Shown here: piece by piece, positions 20,999 to 31,007 of the stretch
Position numbering within the stretch: position 1 is the stretch's first letter
Layout of the letters: every line of letters starts with the position of its first letter
Notes under the pieces: generated by a model
Seen by the model: only the letters and a program-made list of their open reading frames with translations
The model's database searches: none
What the model was told of the DNA's origin: nothing
Source: Candidatus Altimarinota bacterium
Lineage (GTDB): Bacteria; Patescibacteriota; Gracilibacteria; CAIRYL01; GCA-016699755
NCBI GenBank assembly: GCA_963664295.1
Contig: OY760935.1
Location: 1,056,001-1,120,000 of the forward strand
Direction of reading: 5' to 3'
DNA length: 64,000 nucleotides
Position numbers and translations under genes: made by a program

Positions 20999-23900
20999 AT
21001 GGAAACTCTTAAAAGATTCCTTGCGAGTTTCTCAGCTATTGCACTTCTACTTTCAGTAGCAGTACTTCCAGCTTCGGCTGCGACGTTTTCTGATATTGAA
21101 GGTCACTGGAGTGAAGAATTCGTTGAGACACTTGTGGACGAAGGTTTGGTTTCAACAGACCATGAAAACTATCGTCCAGATGATTATCTTAACCGTGCAG
21201 AGTTAGCCAAGCTAGTAGTTGAAGCAAATGACGGCATCATTCCTGGTGTTACAGAAGCTCCAACTTTCTCAGACGTGGCAAAAGATGCATGGTACTACGA
21301 TTATGTTGAAACAGCATATGCTCTTGGCATTGTTGGTGGTTACGGTGACGGGACTTTTGGTCCACAAGACAACGTAACACGTGAACAAGCTGTTAAAATG
21401 ATCGTGGAAGGTCTTTCAGTTCCTACTGATTTAGACCCAGCAGAACAATTCCCTGATGTTTCATCAAGCGATTGGTCTGTTGACTACATTACAACAGCTG
21501 TTAATCAATGTATAGTTGGTGGTTATGCTAATGGTAATTTTGGTCCACAAGATTTAGTTACTCGTGGTCAAGTTGCAAAAATGTTAGCAAAAGCTATGGA
21601 CTACGGTTGTGATGCAGACGACGCTGGTGATGACGCTGGTGACGACGACGACGCTGGTGATGACGCTGGTGACGACGACGATGCTGATGTAACTCCTGTT
21701 AGCGAAGGTACAGTTGAGGTTAGCCTTTCTGCTGATAATCCAGCAGGTCAAACTGTTCCAAACAATGGTACAAATGTTCCTTACCTTGTACTAGACTTTA
21801 CAGCTGGTAATGGTGAAGACGTTGAAGTTACAAACTTGACTATTTCTATTGCTGGTCTTGGTAACGAGAACAACTATAATGAGGTTAAAGTTTTTGATGG
21901 TTTTGACCAACTTGGTTCTGGTAGAAGCTTCTCAAGTGCTACTAATCAAGCTGCTTTAAACCTAACAACTGATCCAATTAAAGTTGAATCTGGTACTACA
22001 AAAACAATTGTAGTTGCTGCCGACATGGCTGCTGCTACAGTGGCTGGTACTGAAAACTATTTCTCAGTTGACTCAGTTGAAAGTGTTATGGCTTTTGGTG
22101 CTGAAACAGGTGGCGAAGTTGAAGTAGCCGGTGATTTCCCACTAAGAGGTAACATTATGACAATTGGTAGCGTTCCGGTTGGTGCTCTTGACTTCACAGA
22201 AAAGACAACAAGCGATACTAATGCTGATATTGGTGAAGAACAAGTGCAGGTTTCACGCTTCGAAATTGCAGCTGACGGTGCTGAAGATATATTAGTTAAA
22301 GCTATTACTTTTAAACAAGTTGGAACTGCTGATACTGATGAGATTGCTAATGTTTCTCTTTGGTATGGTGATACTCAACTTGGTGAAACAGCTGAAACAG
22401 TTGGCGCTGGCGATAAAGTGACAATCGACCTTACAGGTATGGCTGATGGCGGTTGGATTCTTGAAGACGGCACAGCAAGAACTCTTTGGGTAAAATGTGA
22501 CATCATTAAAGGTGTTGGTAAAAATATCACTTTTGAAATTGATGAGCCATCAGAAGATGTTATTGCTGAAGGCTTAACTTACGGCTTTAACGTTGGTATG
22601 GGTGATTGGTGTAAAGGTGCAGGTGGCACTACATCTGCTGGTGCTGGTTGTGCTGGTGTTAATGCTACTGCTGTTGATATTAATGGTGGTACACTTAACT
22701 TCGCATTTACATCAACTGCTCGTGATGTTGCTCCTGATACAGGTGATATAGAATTTGGTGTTCTTACAATTGAAAACGCAGGTGAACCTGTGACAATTAA
22801 AACACTTGATCTTATTCTTGATCCAACTGCTGGTGTTGGTACAGCTAATAACAACAAAATTACAGATGTAAAACTTGTTGACGCTGATACAGGACAAACA
22901 GTTTCTGGTCCAGAAGATCCAGCAGCTTCTGCTATTGCTGCAGCTACTACATTCGGTGATGATTTCTTCATTGATAGTGGTGAATCTTTAACTCTTCAAT
23001 TGTTAGCTGATGTTGAAAACACAGCTGCAACTGGTGAAAAATACAGCTTTGCTCTTGATATGAGCACTATTGAATACAAAGGTGAAACATCTGGTGATGA
23101 CTTTACTTGTCTTGCTGGTGGTGATGACGACTGTAAACCAACAGCTGATCCAGACACAAAAGATTACACAATTGCTCAGCCTACTGTAACTTTCAGTCAA
23201 AAAACAATTGCTGGTCAGATTTATGTATCTAAAGCTGAACAAATTGTTCTTTGGGAAGGTACAGCAAAAGCTAATGATGCTGAAGATGTAAAAATTACAG
23301 AACTTGTGTTCACAGAAACAACAGGTTGTTCTGGTGCTGCTTGTAATGGTAATGGTCATACAGACAACATTGAAAACCTTGCTATCTACACAAAGAAAGG
23401 TAGTTCAACTACTCTTCAAGAAAGTGGTGTAAGCATGGGAGCTTTGACTGGTCCTAATACTACTCCTACTAACACTACATCAACCGTTACATTTACAGAG
23501 CTTGATGAAGATGGATCAAGTGGTATTGCTCTTTCAGCTGGTGAAGAAGTTACAATTATCTTGAAAGGTAATGTTGCTTCAACAATAGTTCACCAAGATA
23601 GTGGTACTGGTACTCCAACTGCAACATTTAGTATCAACCCAGCTGGTGGTGATGCTTCAGCAGAAAACCTAGAAGGTACTGCTGCTACAGTTGTTGGTGG
23701 TTTACTAACTGCAACAGCTCAAACTCTTGCAAACTCAGGTTCTCTAACAGTTGAACTAAACACAGATACTCCAGATGCTCAACTTCTTGTTGCTGGCACA
23801 GAAAATGTAGAAATTGCTACATTTGACTTTGATGCTGACGATGAAGATGCTGACATCGAAGATCTTACTGTTGAATTCACACCAGCCGGTGCTGCAAACC

Positions 23901-25207
23901 AAGTTAATACATTAGTTCCTGGTGGAACTATTGAAGCTGCTGATACATTCACAGTTAAAATCACTAATGATGACGCTGCTCTTACTAACAACACAATAAC
24001 AGTTACTGGTAATGCTACAGCTGCTCTTACAGCTGCTGCTCTTACAGCTGCTATCAATGCTGATCCAACACTTTCTGGTTTTGTGACAGCTGCTACAGTT
24101 GGTGGTACTACAACTACTGTAACCGCTAACACTGCTGGTACAGCCTTCACTCTTGAAGCTAGTGCTACAGACGGTGGTGCAGACACTACTCAAAGAATTA
24201 ACAATGTTAAAACAACAGCTAATGTACCTGCTACATCAACAAATGCTATTGATTCAGTAGCTCTATTCTATGATGATGGTACTCCAGTGTTGAAAAACAA
24301 TGGTAGCGCTGCTACAACAGCAGACATCACAGCTAATCTAGCTGAATTAACTGGTCTTGACCTTGTTATCGATAAAGATAATGCATCAGACACAGTTATT
24401 GGTGTTTATGTAACATTGAACGACATTTCAGATACTGATATTGCACGCAGTAACATGCAATTCTCAGCTAACCTATCATTTGGTGCTGGTGAATATGATA
24501 TCACTGGTTTCTCATCAGGTACTGACTACGTTGCAGTAACTGTAGATGGAACAGGAACCAACACTGATGTTGGTAATACAATGTATGTATTTGCTAACAA
24601 AGTTGTTGCTAGTGAAACTCTTAACTCAAGTGGTAATCCAGAAGCTGATACTCTATTATCTGATGGTTGGAAAAATGCTGCTAAAATCACTCTTACAAGA
24701 GGCTCTAAAAATGCATATTTGAAAGAACTTTCAGTAGACATTAACCAATCTATTGGTGCTGCTTCTTCATATGGTGTTTGTGAGCTAAGACTTAAAAACG
24801 GTAGTGGTGACCTCATCGCTTCTATTGATGCTGGTGCTGCTGCTCCATTATCTGGTACACAAACTTTCACAGTTGGTACTTGTGCTACTGGTACTTGTGC
24901 GCAATCTGATCTTGTTAATCTTCGCGATGTAATTTCTGAAGATGAAGTTTACACTGTTGAAGCTGACGTTGAAGGTTTGGACTTAGTTAACACTAACCCT
25001 GCTGCTGTTTGTGACGGTAGTGCTACTATATTTGATGACAATGACAAATTAGAATTTGAAATTGCTATCAACGGTAATACTCCAAACACAGCTGATGATT
25101 ATATTAAATGGGAAGATTATGGTACAAACGGTAAAGATGGTGCTGAGATCAAATGGATTGATCTTGGTAACAGTACTGTACAGAAAATCTCTAATACTCT
25201 TCAATAA
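20999..25207 (+). CDS. S-layer protein with three N-terminal SLH domains
   Basis: Signal peptide; FSDI..HW, GYGDGTFGP..VTREQ, GYANGNFGP..VTRGQ; acidic, T/A/G-rich; strongly biased codons. Confidence 0.9.
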   Translation: METLKRFLASFSAIALLLSVAVLPASAATFSDIEGHWSEEFVETLVDEGLVSTDHENYRPDDYLNRAELAKLVVEANDGIIPGVTEAPTFSDVAKDAWYYDYVETAYALGIVGGYGDGTFGPQDNVTREQAVKMIVEGLSVPTDLDPAEQFPDVSSSDWSVDYITTAVNQCIVGGYANGNFGPQDLVTRGQVAKMLAKAMDYGCDADDAGDDAGDDDDAGDDAGDDDDADVTPVSEGTVEVSLSADNPAGQTVPNNGTNVPYLVLDFTAGNGEDVEVTNLTISIAGLGNENNYNEVKVFDGFDQLGSGRSFSSATNQAALNLTTDPIKVESGTTKTIVVAADMAAATVAGTENYFSVDSVESVMAFGAETGGEVEVAGDFPLRGNIMTIGSVPVGALDFTEKTTSDTNADIGEEQVQVSRFEIAADGAEDILVKAITFKQVGTADTDEIANVSLWYGDTQLGETAETVGAGDKVTIDLTGMADGGWILEDGTARTLWVKCDIIKGVGKNITFEIDEPSEDVIAEGLTYGFNVGMGDWCKGAGGTTSAGAGCAGVNATAVDINGGTLNFAFTSTARDVAPDTGDIEFGVLTIENAGEPVTIKTLDLILDPTAGVGTANNNKITDVKLVDADTGQTVSGPEDPAASAIAAATTFGDDFFIDSGESLTLQLLADVENTAATGEKYSFALDMSTIEYKGETSGDDFTCLAGGDDDCKPTADPDTKDYTIAQPTVTFSQKTIAGQIYVSKAEQIVLWEGTAKANDAEDVKITELVFTETTGCSGAACNGNGHTDNIENLAIYTKKGSSTTLQESGVSMGALTGPNTTPTNTTSTVTFTELDEDGSSGIALSAGEEVTIILKGNVASTIVHQDSGTGTPTATFSINPAGGDASAENLEGTAATVVGGLLTATAQTLANSGSLTVELNTDTPDAQLLVAGTENVEIATFDFDADDEDADIEDLTVEFTPAGAANQVNTLVPGGTIEAADTFTVKITNDDAALTNNTITVTGNATAALTAAALTAAINADPTLSGFVTAATVGGTTTTVTANTAGTAFTLEASATDGGADTTQRINNVKTTANVPATSTNAIDSVALFYDDGTPVLKNNGSAATTADITANLAELTGLDLVIDKDNASDTVIGVYVTLNDISDTDIARSNMQFSANLSFGAGEYDITGFSSGTDYVAVTVDGTGTNTDVGNTMYVFANKVVASETLNSSGNPEADTLLSDGWKNAAKITLTRGSKNAYLKELSVDINQSIGAASSYGVCELRLKNGSGDLIASIDAGAAAPLSGTQTFTVGTCATGTCAQSDLVNLRDVISEDEVYTVEADVEGLDLVNTNPAAVCDGSATIFDDNDKLEFEIAINGNTPNTADDYIKWEDYGTNGKDGAEIKWIDLGNSTVQKISNTLQ
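21617..21688 (+). repeat. 30-bp coding tandem repeat (DDAGDDAGDD) forming an acidic linker
   Basis: gacgacgctggtgatgacgctggtgacgac twice plus a partial copy. Confidence 0.9.
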
Positions 25208-25229
25208 TAAGTTTTATACTTAGAAATAA

Positions 25230-25261
25230 AAAAAAGCCCTCCTAAACTGGAGGGCTTTTTT
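25230..25261 (+). terminator. Intrinsic terminator of S-layer gene
   Basis: aaaaagccctcc-taaact-ggagggcttttt. Confidence 0.9.
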
Positions 25262-25349
25262 GTTGTGTAAATTTTTAAGTAATTTTTTCTTTAAAATTGA
25301 CTTGATATAAATTATATGCGATTATGTCCGGGCAATTTTTGAACAATAT

Positions 25350-25424
25350 TGCCCGGTAGCCAAGCGGTAAGGCAGGGGACTTTGAATCCTCCATGCGTAG
25401 GTTCGAATCCTACCCGGGCAGCCA
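25350..25424 (+). tRNA. tRNA-Gln(TTG)
   Basis: TGCCCGGTAGCCAAGCGGTAAGGC-A-GGGGA-CT-TTG-AA-TCCTC...GGTTCGAATCC...CCA. Confidence 0.97.
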
Positions 25425-25610
25425 TTTAAAAACAGTTGTCACAAAGTGACAATTTTTTTAAATTATTGTTTAGGTAGGACCGAGAACCTGGTTCGACAGC
25501 TAGGAGCCCGAGTGCAAGTGTATGCTTGCATTAAGCTTGCCGAGGGCGACGACGATGCCTTATTTTGCGAGGTGAAACCGAGCAAAATGAGCATCCTACC
25601 CGGGCAGCCA
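25407..25610 (+). repeat. Duplicated tRNA-Gln 3' end (18 bp, period 186) with 96-nt T-loop insert
   Basis: ATCCTACCCGGGCAGCCA at 25407-25424 and 25593-25610; GGTTCGA at 25490-25496 precedes the insert 25497-25592. Confidence 0.93.
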
Positions 25611-25719
25611 GTTGCTTAGCGAGAATTATGTTTAAGTGGGTTTTTTGCATAGTTTCAAATTGTCTTCAGAAAACAATTATATTAAACTAAAAAAGATAAA
25701 AAATTTAACCACAAAAGAC

Positions 25720-26160
25720 ATGAAAGTAAGAATTCATAAACTTAGAGATGATGTAGAAATACCAAAATTTGAAACAGAAGGGTCAGTAGGTTTTGACCTA
25801 GCGTCTGCTGATGATGTAGAAATTCAGCCTCGTGAAATAAAACTAATTTCAACAGGATTTGTCATTGAAGTCCCAAAAGGATATGCACTAATTCTTGCTT
25901 CAAGAAGTTCAACTCCAAAAAAGAAAGGACTAAAAATGCCCCATGGAATTGGAGTAATAGACCAAGACTATTGTGGTAAAGATGATGAAATTAAAATTCA
26001 GGTTTATAATTTCACAAATGAGCCTGTTTTGATAAAAAAAGGTGACAAAATAGCCCAAGGGCTGTTCATGCGTGCAGAAATCGCAAATTTTGAGCTTATA
26101 GATGAAGCTCCTTCTGAAAAAATCAGAGGAGGTTTTGGCTCAACAGGTGGTCACAATTAA
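25720..26160 (+). CDS. dut: dUTP diphosphatase
   Basis: GFDL, SRSS, GVIDQDY, IAQ, RGGFGSTG; start moved to ATG 25720. Confidence 0.95.
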   Translation: MKVRIHKLRDDVEIPKFETEGSVGFDLASADDVEIQPREIKLISTGFVIEVPKGYALILASRSSTPKKKGLKMPHGIGVIDQDYCGKDDEIKIQVYNFTNEPVLIKKGDKIAQGLFMRAEIANFELIDEAPSEKIRGGFGSTGGHN

Positions 26161-27545
26161 ATTTCAATAATATCTCCCTCTTCTGGCACAATAACATTCG
26201 CAGAAGGAATATTTTTTTGTAGAGTTTTTTGATATCCCAAAGCCTGACTTTCTTCGCCATGGACAATAAAAATATTTTTTAAGCCCTTAATGTGCATAGC
26301 AAATTCTAAGAGCTCGTTTTTGTCTGCATGACCAGAATAGCCGTTAATAACTTCAACGTCAGCACGTACTTTATGCATTTCGTCAAAAATTTTAACCATC
26401 TTACGACCTTCTACAAGCTTTCTACCTAAAGTATGTTCAGCCATAAAACCAACAATTAAAATTGTGTTTTTTGGGTCACCAATAGAATTGCGTAAATGGT
26501 GACGAATACGACCTGCTTCACACATTCCGCTAGCAGAAACAACAATGCAAGATCCCATGTAGCTATTTATTGCCTTTGATTCTTCAACTGAAGCTGTGAA
26601 TTGAATATCACCAAATGGCCTTTTTCCTTTATTAAAAAAATCTTTACTCGTTTCTTCATCAAAAAAATCTTTATTTTTTGAAAATATTTTTGTCACTTTT
26701 GTTGCCAAAGGGCTATCAATAAAAATAGGTATTTTCGGAATTTCCCCATTTACCATTAAATAATTAAGGTCATAGACAATCTCTTGTGTTCTTTCTAAGG
26801 CAAAAGAAGGAATAATAATTTTCCCGCCTTTTGATATGGTTTTATTGATTACTTTTTGTAATTTTCCGCGATTGTCTTCAGTTGGTGGATGCTCTCTAAG
26901 TCCATATGTACTTTCTGTAATTAAAATATCCGCTTGATCAATAAATTCAGGATCTTCGAGAATATTTCTGTTTTTTCTTCCTAAATCACCAGTAAAAACC
27001 AATTTTTTTTCTTTACCGTTTTCTTTGATTTTTAAAACCACAATTTCAGAACCTAAAACATGACCAGCATCATAAAAAATACAAGTAATTTCATCTGTAA
27101 TTTTAAATTCTTTGTGTAAAGGTTTGGGACTAAAAAATTTAGCTGTTTCTTGGGCATCTTTTTGATTATAAATTGGCTCAATGGGTTTAAGGGCTGTTGC
27201 GCTAAGTTTTCGCGCAAAATATTCATTATCTTTTTCTTGGATATAAGCAGAATCAAGTAGCATAACCTTAGTAATATCTGCTGTTGCTGATGAGCAATAA
27301 ATTTTTCCTTTAAATCCATTTTTTGTTAATGTTGGTAAGGCGCCAGAGTGGTCAATATGAGCATGTGATAAAACCACAGCAGTTAATTTTTTTGGATCCA
27401 AAGGAAGATTACTGTTTTTTTCAAAACTTTTTTTACGTGGACCTTGAAACAATCCACATTCCAAAAGCACCTGCTTGCCGGCAACTTCAATTAAATGTTT
27501 TGATCCAGTAACGTTTCTAGCTGCTCCTAAAAAATGTATTTTCAT
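26157..27545 (-). CDS. MBL-fold beta-CASP ribonuclease
   Basis: SHAHIDHSG, AGHVLGS, FTGDLG, ESTYG, SGHAD. Confidence 0.92.
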   Translation of the reverse strand: MKIHFLGAARNVTGSKHLIEVAGKQVLLECGLFQGPRKKSFEKNSNLPLDPKKLTAVVLSHAHIDHSGALPTLTKNGFKGKIYCSSATADITKVMLLDSAYIQEKDNEYFARKLSATALKPIEPIYNQKDAQETAKFFSPKPLHKEFKITDEITCIFYDAGHVLGSEIVVLKIKENGKEKKLVFTGDLGRKNRNILEDPEFIDQADILITESTYGLREHPPTEDNRGKLQKVINKTISKGGKIIIPSFALERTQEIVYDLNYLMVNGEIPKIPIFIDSPLATKVTKIFSKNKDFFDEETSKDFFNKGKRPFGDIQFTASVEESKAINSYMGSCIVVSASGMCEAGRIRHHLRNSIGDPKNTILIVGFMAEHTLGRKLVEGRKMVKIFDEMHKVRADVEVINGYSGHADKNELLEFAMHIKGLKNIFIVHGEESQALGYQKTLQKNIPSANVIVPEEGDIIEI

Positions 27546-27663
27546 TTGTTATTTTGTTTTAAAGCCTTAAAAAACCTATTCATATCTCTATATTTTATCA
27601 TAAAGAAACCTTAATTTCAATCTTAGTCTTTTATTTAAGGCATTTTTGTGGCATTTTTAAGAG

Positions 27664-28551
27664 GTGAAAAGTTTTAGAGAAAATTCCCTTCATCAAGGCA
27701 AAAATTGGCAAAAATTCCAAGATTCTTTGGGTATAAAAACAGTAAACCTTAAAAACATTCTTATATTAGTTAAAAAAATACCTTTTGGTAAAAGTTTTTT
27801 AGAAATTCAAAGAGCGGACTTAGATAGACAAATTTGGGAACAAATAATTCAATTAGCAAAAAAAGAAAAAACAATTTTTTGTAGGATTGCATTAAATACA
27901 GACATAATGCCTAATTTTTTAGAAAAAAAAGCATGTTTTTTAAAAAATCACCGCTTTCCTGAGCTAAGTTTAATGTTAGACCTAGAAAAAAATGAGGAAG
28001 AATTATTAAAAGACATGAACCAGACAGGAAGAAGACATTTAAAAAAAGCTAAAAAAGAAGGCGTAGTTATTGAAAAATCCACAAATATAGATAAATTTAT
28101 GGAAATTTTTTCCGAAACCACAAAAAGAGATGGTTTTAGTGGTCATCAAAAAAATTATTACAAAAAATTACTAAATATTTTTGAAAATAATGCTTTTATG
28201 CTTTTAGCAAAACATGAAAAAGAAATTTTAGCAGGAGGTATTTTTGCTTACACAGAAGATACTTGTATTTATCTCTATGGAGCTTCATCAAATCAAAAAA
28301 GAAAATTGCAAGCACCGACTTTATTGCAATGGGAAGCCATTTTAGAAGCTAAAAAAGCAGGCAAAACAATATATGATTTTTTTGGAATAGCACCAGAAAA
28401 TCAAAAAAATCATCCTTGGCAAGGAGTGAGTCAGTTTAAAAGAAAATTTGGCGGTATAGAAATTGCCTATGTGCCACAATTTGAAATTATTTTCTCAAAA
28501 TTTTGGTATTTTTTGTTTAATTTAGCAAAAAAAATCAGAAAATTAATTTAA
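27664..28551 (+). CDS. FemABX-family peptidoglycan bridge peptidyltransferase
   Basis: YLYGAS, LQWEAI..AK..G...YDFFG, FKRKFGG. Confidence 0.88.
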   Translation: MKSFRENSLHQGKNWQKFQDSLGIKTVNLKNILILVKKIPFGKSFLEIQRADLDRQIWEQIIQLAKKEKTIFCRIALNTDIMPNFLEKKACFLKNHRFPELSLMLDLEKNEEELLKDMNQTGRRHLKKAKKEGVVIEKSTNIDKFMEIFSETTKRDGFSGHQKNYYKKLLNIFENNAFMLLAKHEKEILAGGIFAYTEDTCIYLYGASSNQKRKLQAPTLLQWEAILEAKKAGKTIYDFFGIAPENQKNHPWQGVSQFKRKFGGIEIAYVPQFEIIFSKFWYFLFNLAKKIRKLI

Positions 28552-28587
28552 TTATCAAGATTTACGCTTTTGTGAGATAATTTTTTT

Positions 28588-29028
28588 GTGAAAATAATCG
28601 CAAATAACAAAAAGGCTTTTTTTGATTATGAAGTTCTGGAAAAAATTGAAGCAGGAATAGTGCTTTTAGGTTGTGAAATAAAATCAATTCGTGAAGGCAA
28701 GGTAAACTTAAAAGGAAGTTATATTACAATAAGACAAGAAGAAGTTTGGCTAAAAAATGTTCATATTTCTCCCTATAAATTTTGCACAGAACAAGTAGAT
28801 CCCTTAAGAGAAAGAAAATTGTTGCTTAATAAAAGAGAAATTAAAAAAATAGAGCAAAAATTAAATGAACAAGGAACAACCTGTGTTCCATTGGCCATAG
28901 GGCTTAAAAAAAATTACTGCAAATTGGAAATTGCGCTTGTGCGAGGAAAAAAGAAATACGACAAGAGAGCAAGTCTAAAAAAACGTGATCAGGAAAGAGA
29001 AATTTCTCGTAAAATAAAACAATTTTAA
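28588..29028 (+). CDS. smpB: SsrA-binding protein
   Basis: NKKAFFDY, EAGIVLLG.EIKSIR, RKLLL, GKKKYDKR. Confidence 0.97.
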   Translation: MKIIANNKKAFFDYEVLEKIEAGIVLLGCEIKSIREGKVNLKGSYITIRQEEVWLKNVHISPYKFCTEQVDPLRERKLLLNKREIKKIEQKLNEQGTTCVPLAIGLKKNYCKLEIALVRGKKKYDKRASLKKRDQEREISRKIKQF

Positions 29029-29060
29029 AAAATCTATTTTTATGTTAAAAATAGTTAGCA

Positions 29061-30158
29061 ATGAATAACAATAAACATTCAAACCAAGGGCTAATAATAT
29101 TTTTTATTGCTATTTTTCTAATCGTCATTACAAGAGGCGCAATAATACCTTTTTTTATAATTGGCTACATTATTTATAAAGTATTTTTTGCAGAAATTAA
29201 GAAAAATTTGCAAAATTATGCTGAAAAAATTAAAAAAAATACTCAAGAAATTAAATTAAAACCCAATCAGAAGGGTGTTTTTTCTTCAAATTTTACTAAA
29301 CCAAAAATGCCTGAAATTAAAATCAAAGCAAGACATATAATTATTTCTTTGCTTATTGTTTTGGCTACTTTTATTGTGATTGACGGACTTGTTTCCGTGC
29401 CAGCAGGTCATGTTGCTGTGATTTATGATCGTGGTCGTGGTGTATTGGATGAAGAGTTGCCACCTGGTTTGCACCTCAAAATTCCTTTTTGGCAAACCTC
29501 TATTGTAATGGAAACAAGATTACAAGAATATACAATGAGCATTGCTCCTGGAGAAGGTGCTTATTATTATGCTGATCCAATATCTTCTCTTACAGAAGAT
29601 GGCCAACAAGTTGATGTTGATGCTACTATTTGGTATTACATTGATAACCAAAAAGCATCTGATATTTATCAAGATATTGGCTTAAATTATGAAGAAAAAG
29701 TTATTCGCCCTGATGTTCGTAGGGTTATTCGAGAGGCCGTCACCGACTATAGTTCTAAATCTCTTTATAACCTAGAAACAAGAGAACAATTATCAGCTGA
29801 CATTAGAGAAAGATTGACTGCAAGTTATGCCACAAAAAATATTATTCTTGACGATGTTTTAATTAGAAATATTCGTTTTTCAGAGGTGTATCTTGATGCT
29901 ATTGAGCAAAAACAGGTTGAACAACAAAAAATTGAGAAGGCTGAATACGAACGTCAGCAAGCAGAAATAATTAAACAAAAGAAAATTATTGAAGCAGAAG
30001 CAGAAGCCGAAGCTATAAAAATAAGAGGAGAGGCGCTTAGGGAAAATCCTGAAATTATTGAGCTTAATTTTGTTGAAAAAATGGCACCAAATATTAATTG
30101 GGGCATTTTACCTGACAATACAATTCCTTTGCTTGATTTAAAATCTATTCAAAATTAA
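29061..30158 (+). CDS. SPFH/prohibitin family membrane protein
   Basis: VPAGHVAV, GLHLKIPF, AIEQKQV, AEAEAEA. Confidence 0.9.
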   Translation: MNNNKHSNQGLIIFFIAIFLIVITRGAIIPFFIIGYIIYKVFFAEIKKNLQNYAEKIKKNTQEIKLKPNQKGVFSSNFTKPKMPEIKIKARHIIISLLIVLATFIVIDGLVSVPAGHVAVIYDRGRGVLDEELPPGLHLKIPFWQTSIVMETRLQEYTMSIAPGEGAYYYADPISSLTEDGQQVDVDATIWYYIDNQKASDIYQDIGLNYEEKVIRPDVRRVIREAVTDYSSKSLYNLETREQLSADIRERLTASYATKNIILDDVLIRNIRFSEVYLDAIEQKQVEQQKIEKAEYERQQAEIIKQKKIIEAEAEAEAIKIRGEALRENPEIIELNFVEKMAPNINWGILPDNTIPLLDLKSIQN

Positions 30159-30215
30159 TTACACTTGTAATTTTTGTAATTTTCGATAAAATAATTTCTA
30201 CTTTTTATTTATAAA

Positions 30216-30869
30216 ATGGCGGTTCTAAAAGTAAATCCAACAAGAATGAACCTTTTAAGCTTAAAAAAGCAGATTAAAACTGCTAAAAGAGGTCATAAAT
30301 TGCTCAAAGACAAGCGTGATGGTTTGATGAAAAAATTTATGGAAATTATTCGTGAAGCAAGAGAATTAAGAAAAGAAGCAGAAGAAAAAATAGGTAATGT
30401 TTTTTCACATTTTTTATCAGCAAGCGCAATTATGTCTGCAGAAGAAATTGAAAGCTCTTTATTGCTTTCTACTGCGGAATTAAGCCTTGATGTTGAAACA
30501 AAAAATATTATGAGTGTACATGTTCCAGAATTTAAATCAGAATTTTCTGGTTCTACCAAGGCATATTCTCCAAATTTTACATCAGGCGAGCTTGATATTG
30601 CTCTAGACAAACTTCAGGAGCTTTTTCCACTTTTATTAAGACTGGCTGAAATTGAAAAAAAAGCAGAAGCAATGGCAGATGAAATTGAAAAAACGCGTCG
30701 CAGAGTAAATGCTCTTGAGCACAGACGCATTCCTGACTTACAAGACACGCTTCGTTTTATTACAATCAAACTTGAAGAAATGGCTAGAGATTCATTGATT
30801 TCTGTGATGCAAGTAAAAAGTATGATTGAAGCAAAGGAGGAGGCGGAAAAAAAGGCAAAAAAACAATAA
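30216..30869 (+). CDS. ntpD: V/A-type ATP synthase subunit D
   Basis: NPTRMNL, GHKLLKDKRD, EIEKTRRRVNALEH. Confidence 0.93.
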   Translation: MAVLKVNPTRMNLLSLKKQIKTAKRGHKLLKDKRDGLMKKFMEIIREARELRKEAEEKIGNVFSHFLSASAIMSAEEIESSLLLSTAELSLDVETKNIMSVHVPEFKSEFSGSTKAYSPNFTSGELDIALDKLQELFPLLLRLAEIEKKAEAMADEIEKTRRRVNALEHRRIPDLQDTLRFITIKLEEMARDSLISVMQVKSMIEAKEEAEKKAKKQ

Positions 30870-30885
30870 ACTAAATTTAGACATC

Positions 30886-30912
30886 AAAAGGAGCCCAAAA
30901 GGCTCTTTTTTT
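30886..30912 (+). terminator. Intrinsic terminator after ntpD
   Basis: aaaaggagcc-caaaa-ggctcttttttt. Confidence 0.85.
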
Positions 30913-31007
30913 GTGCTTAAAAACTAACTATTTGTTTGTTTTTTAAGTGTTTTTGTGTTATAATTTTATGATAAAGTCTATCCTTATATCTCAAAAACAA
31001 AAATTTA

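Noticed and set aside
22579-24870. Several 60-135 aa minus-strand ORFs
   Set aside because: Antisense shadows caused by the S-layer's biased codon usage
24893-24964. DGR template/variable repeat pair with 58455-58526
   Set aside because: Flanking differences are C/T synonymous changes, not adenine-specific; both copies are coding; no reverse transcriptase in the window
25328-25356. 9-bp inverted repeat between tRNA-Gln leader and acceptor 5' strand
   Set aside because: Short and partly upstream of the likely transcription start; could be chance
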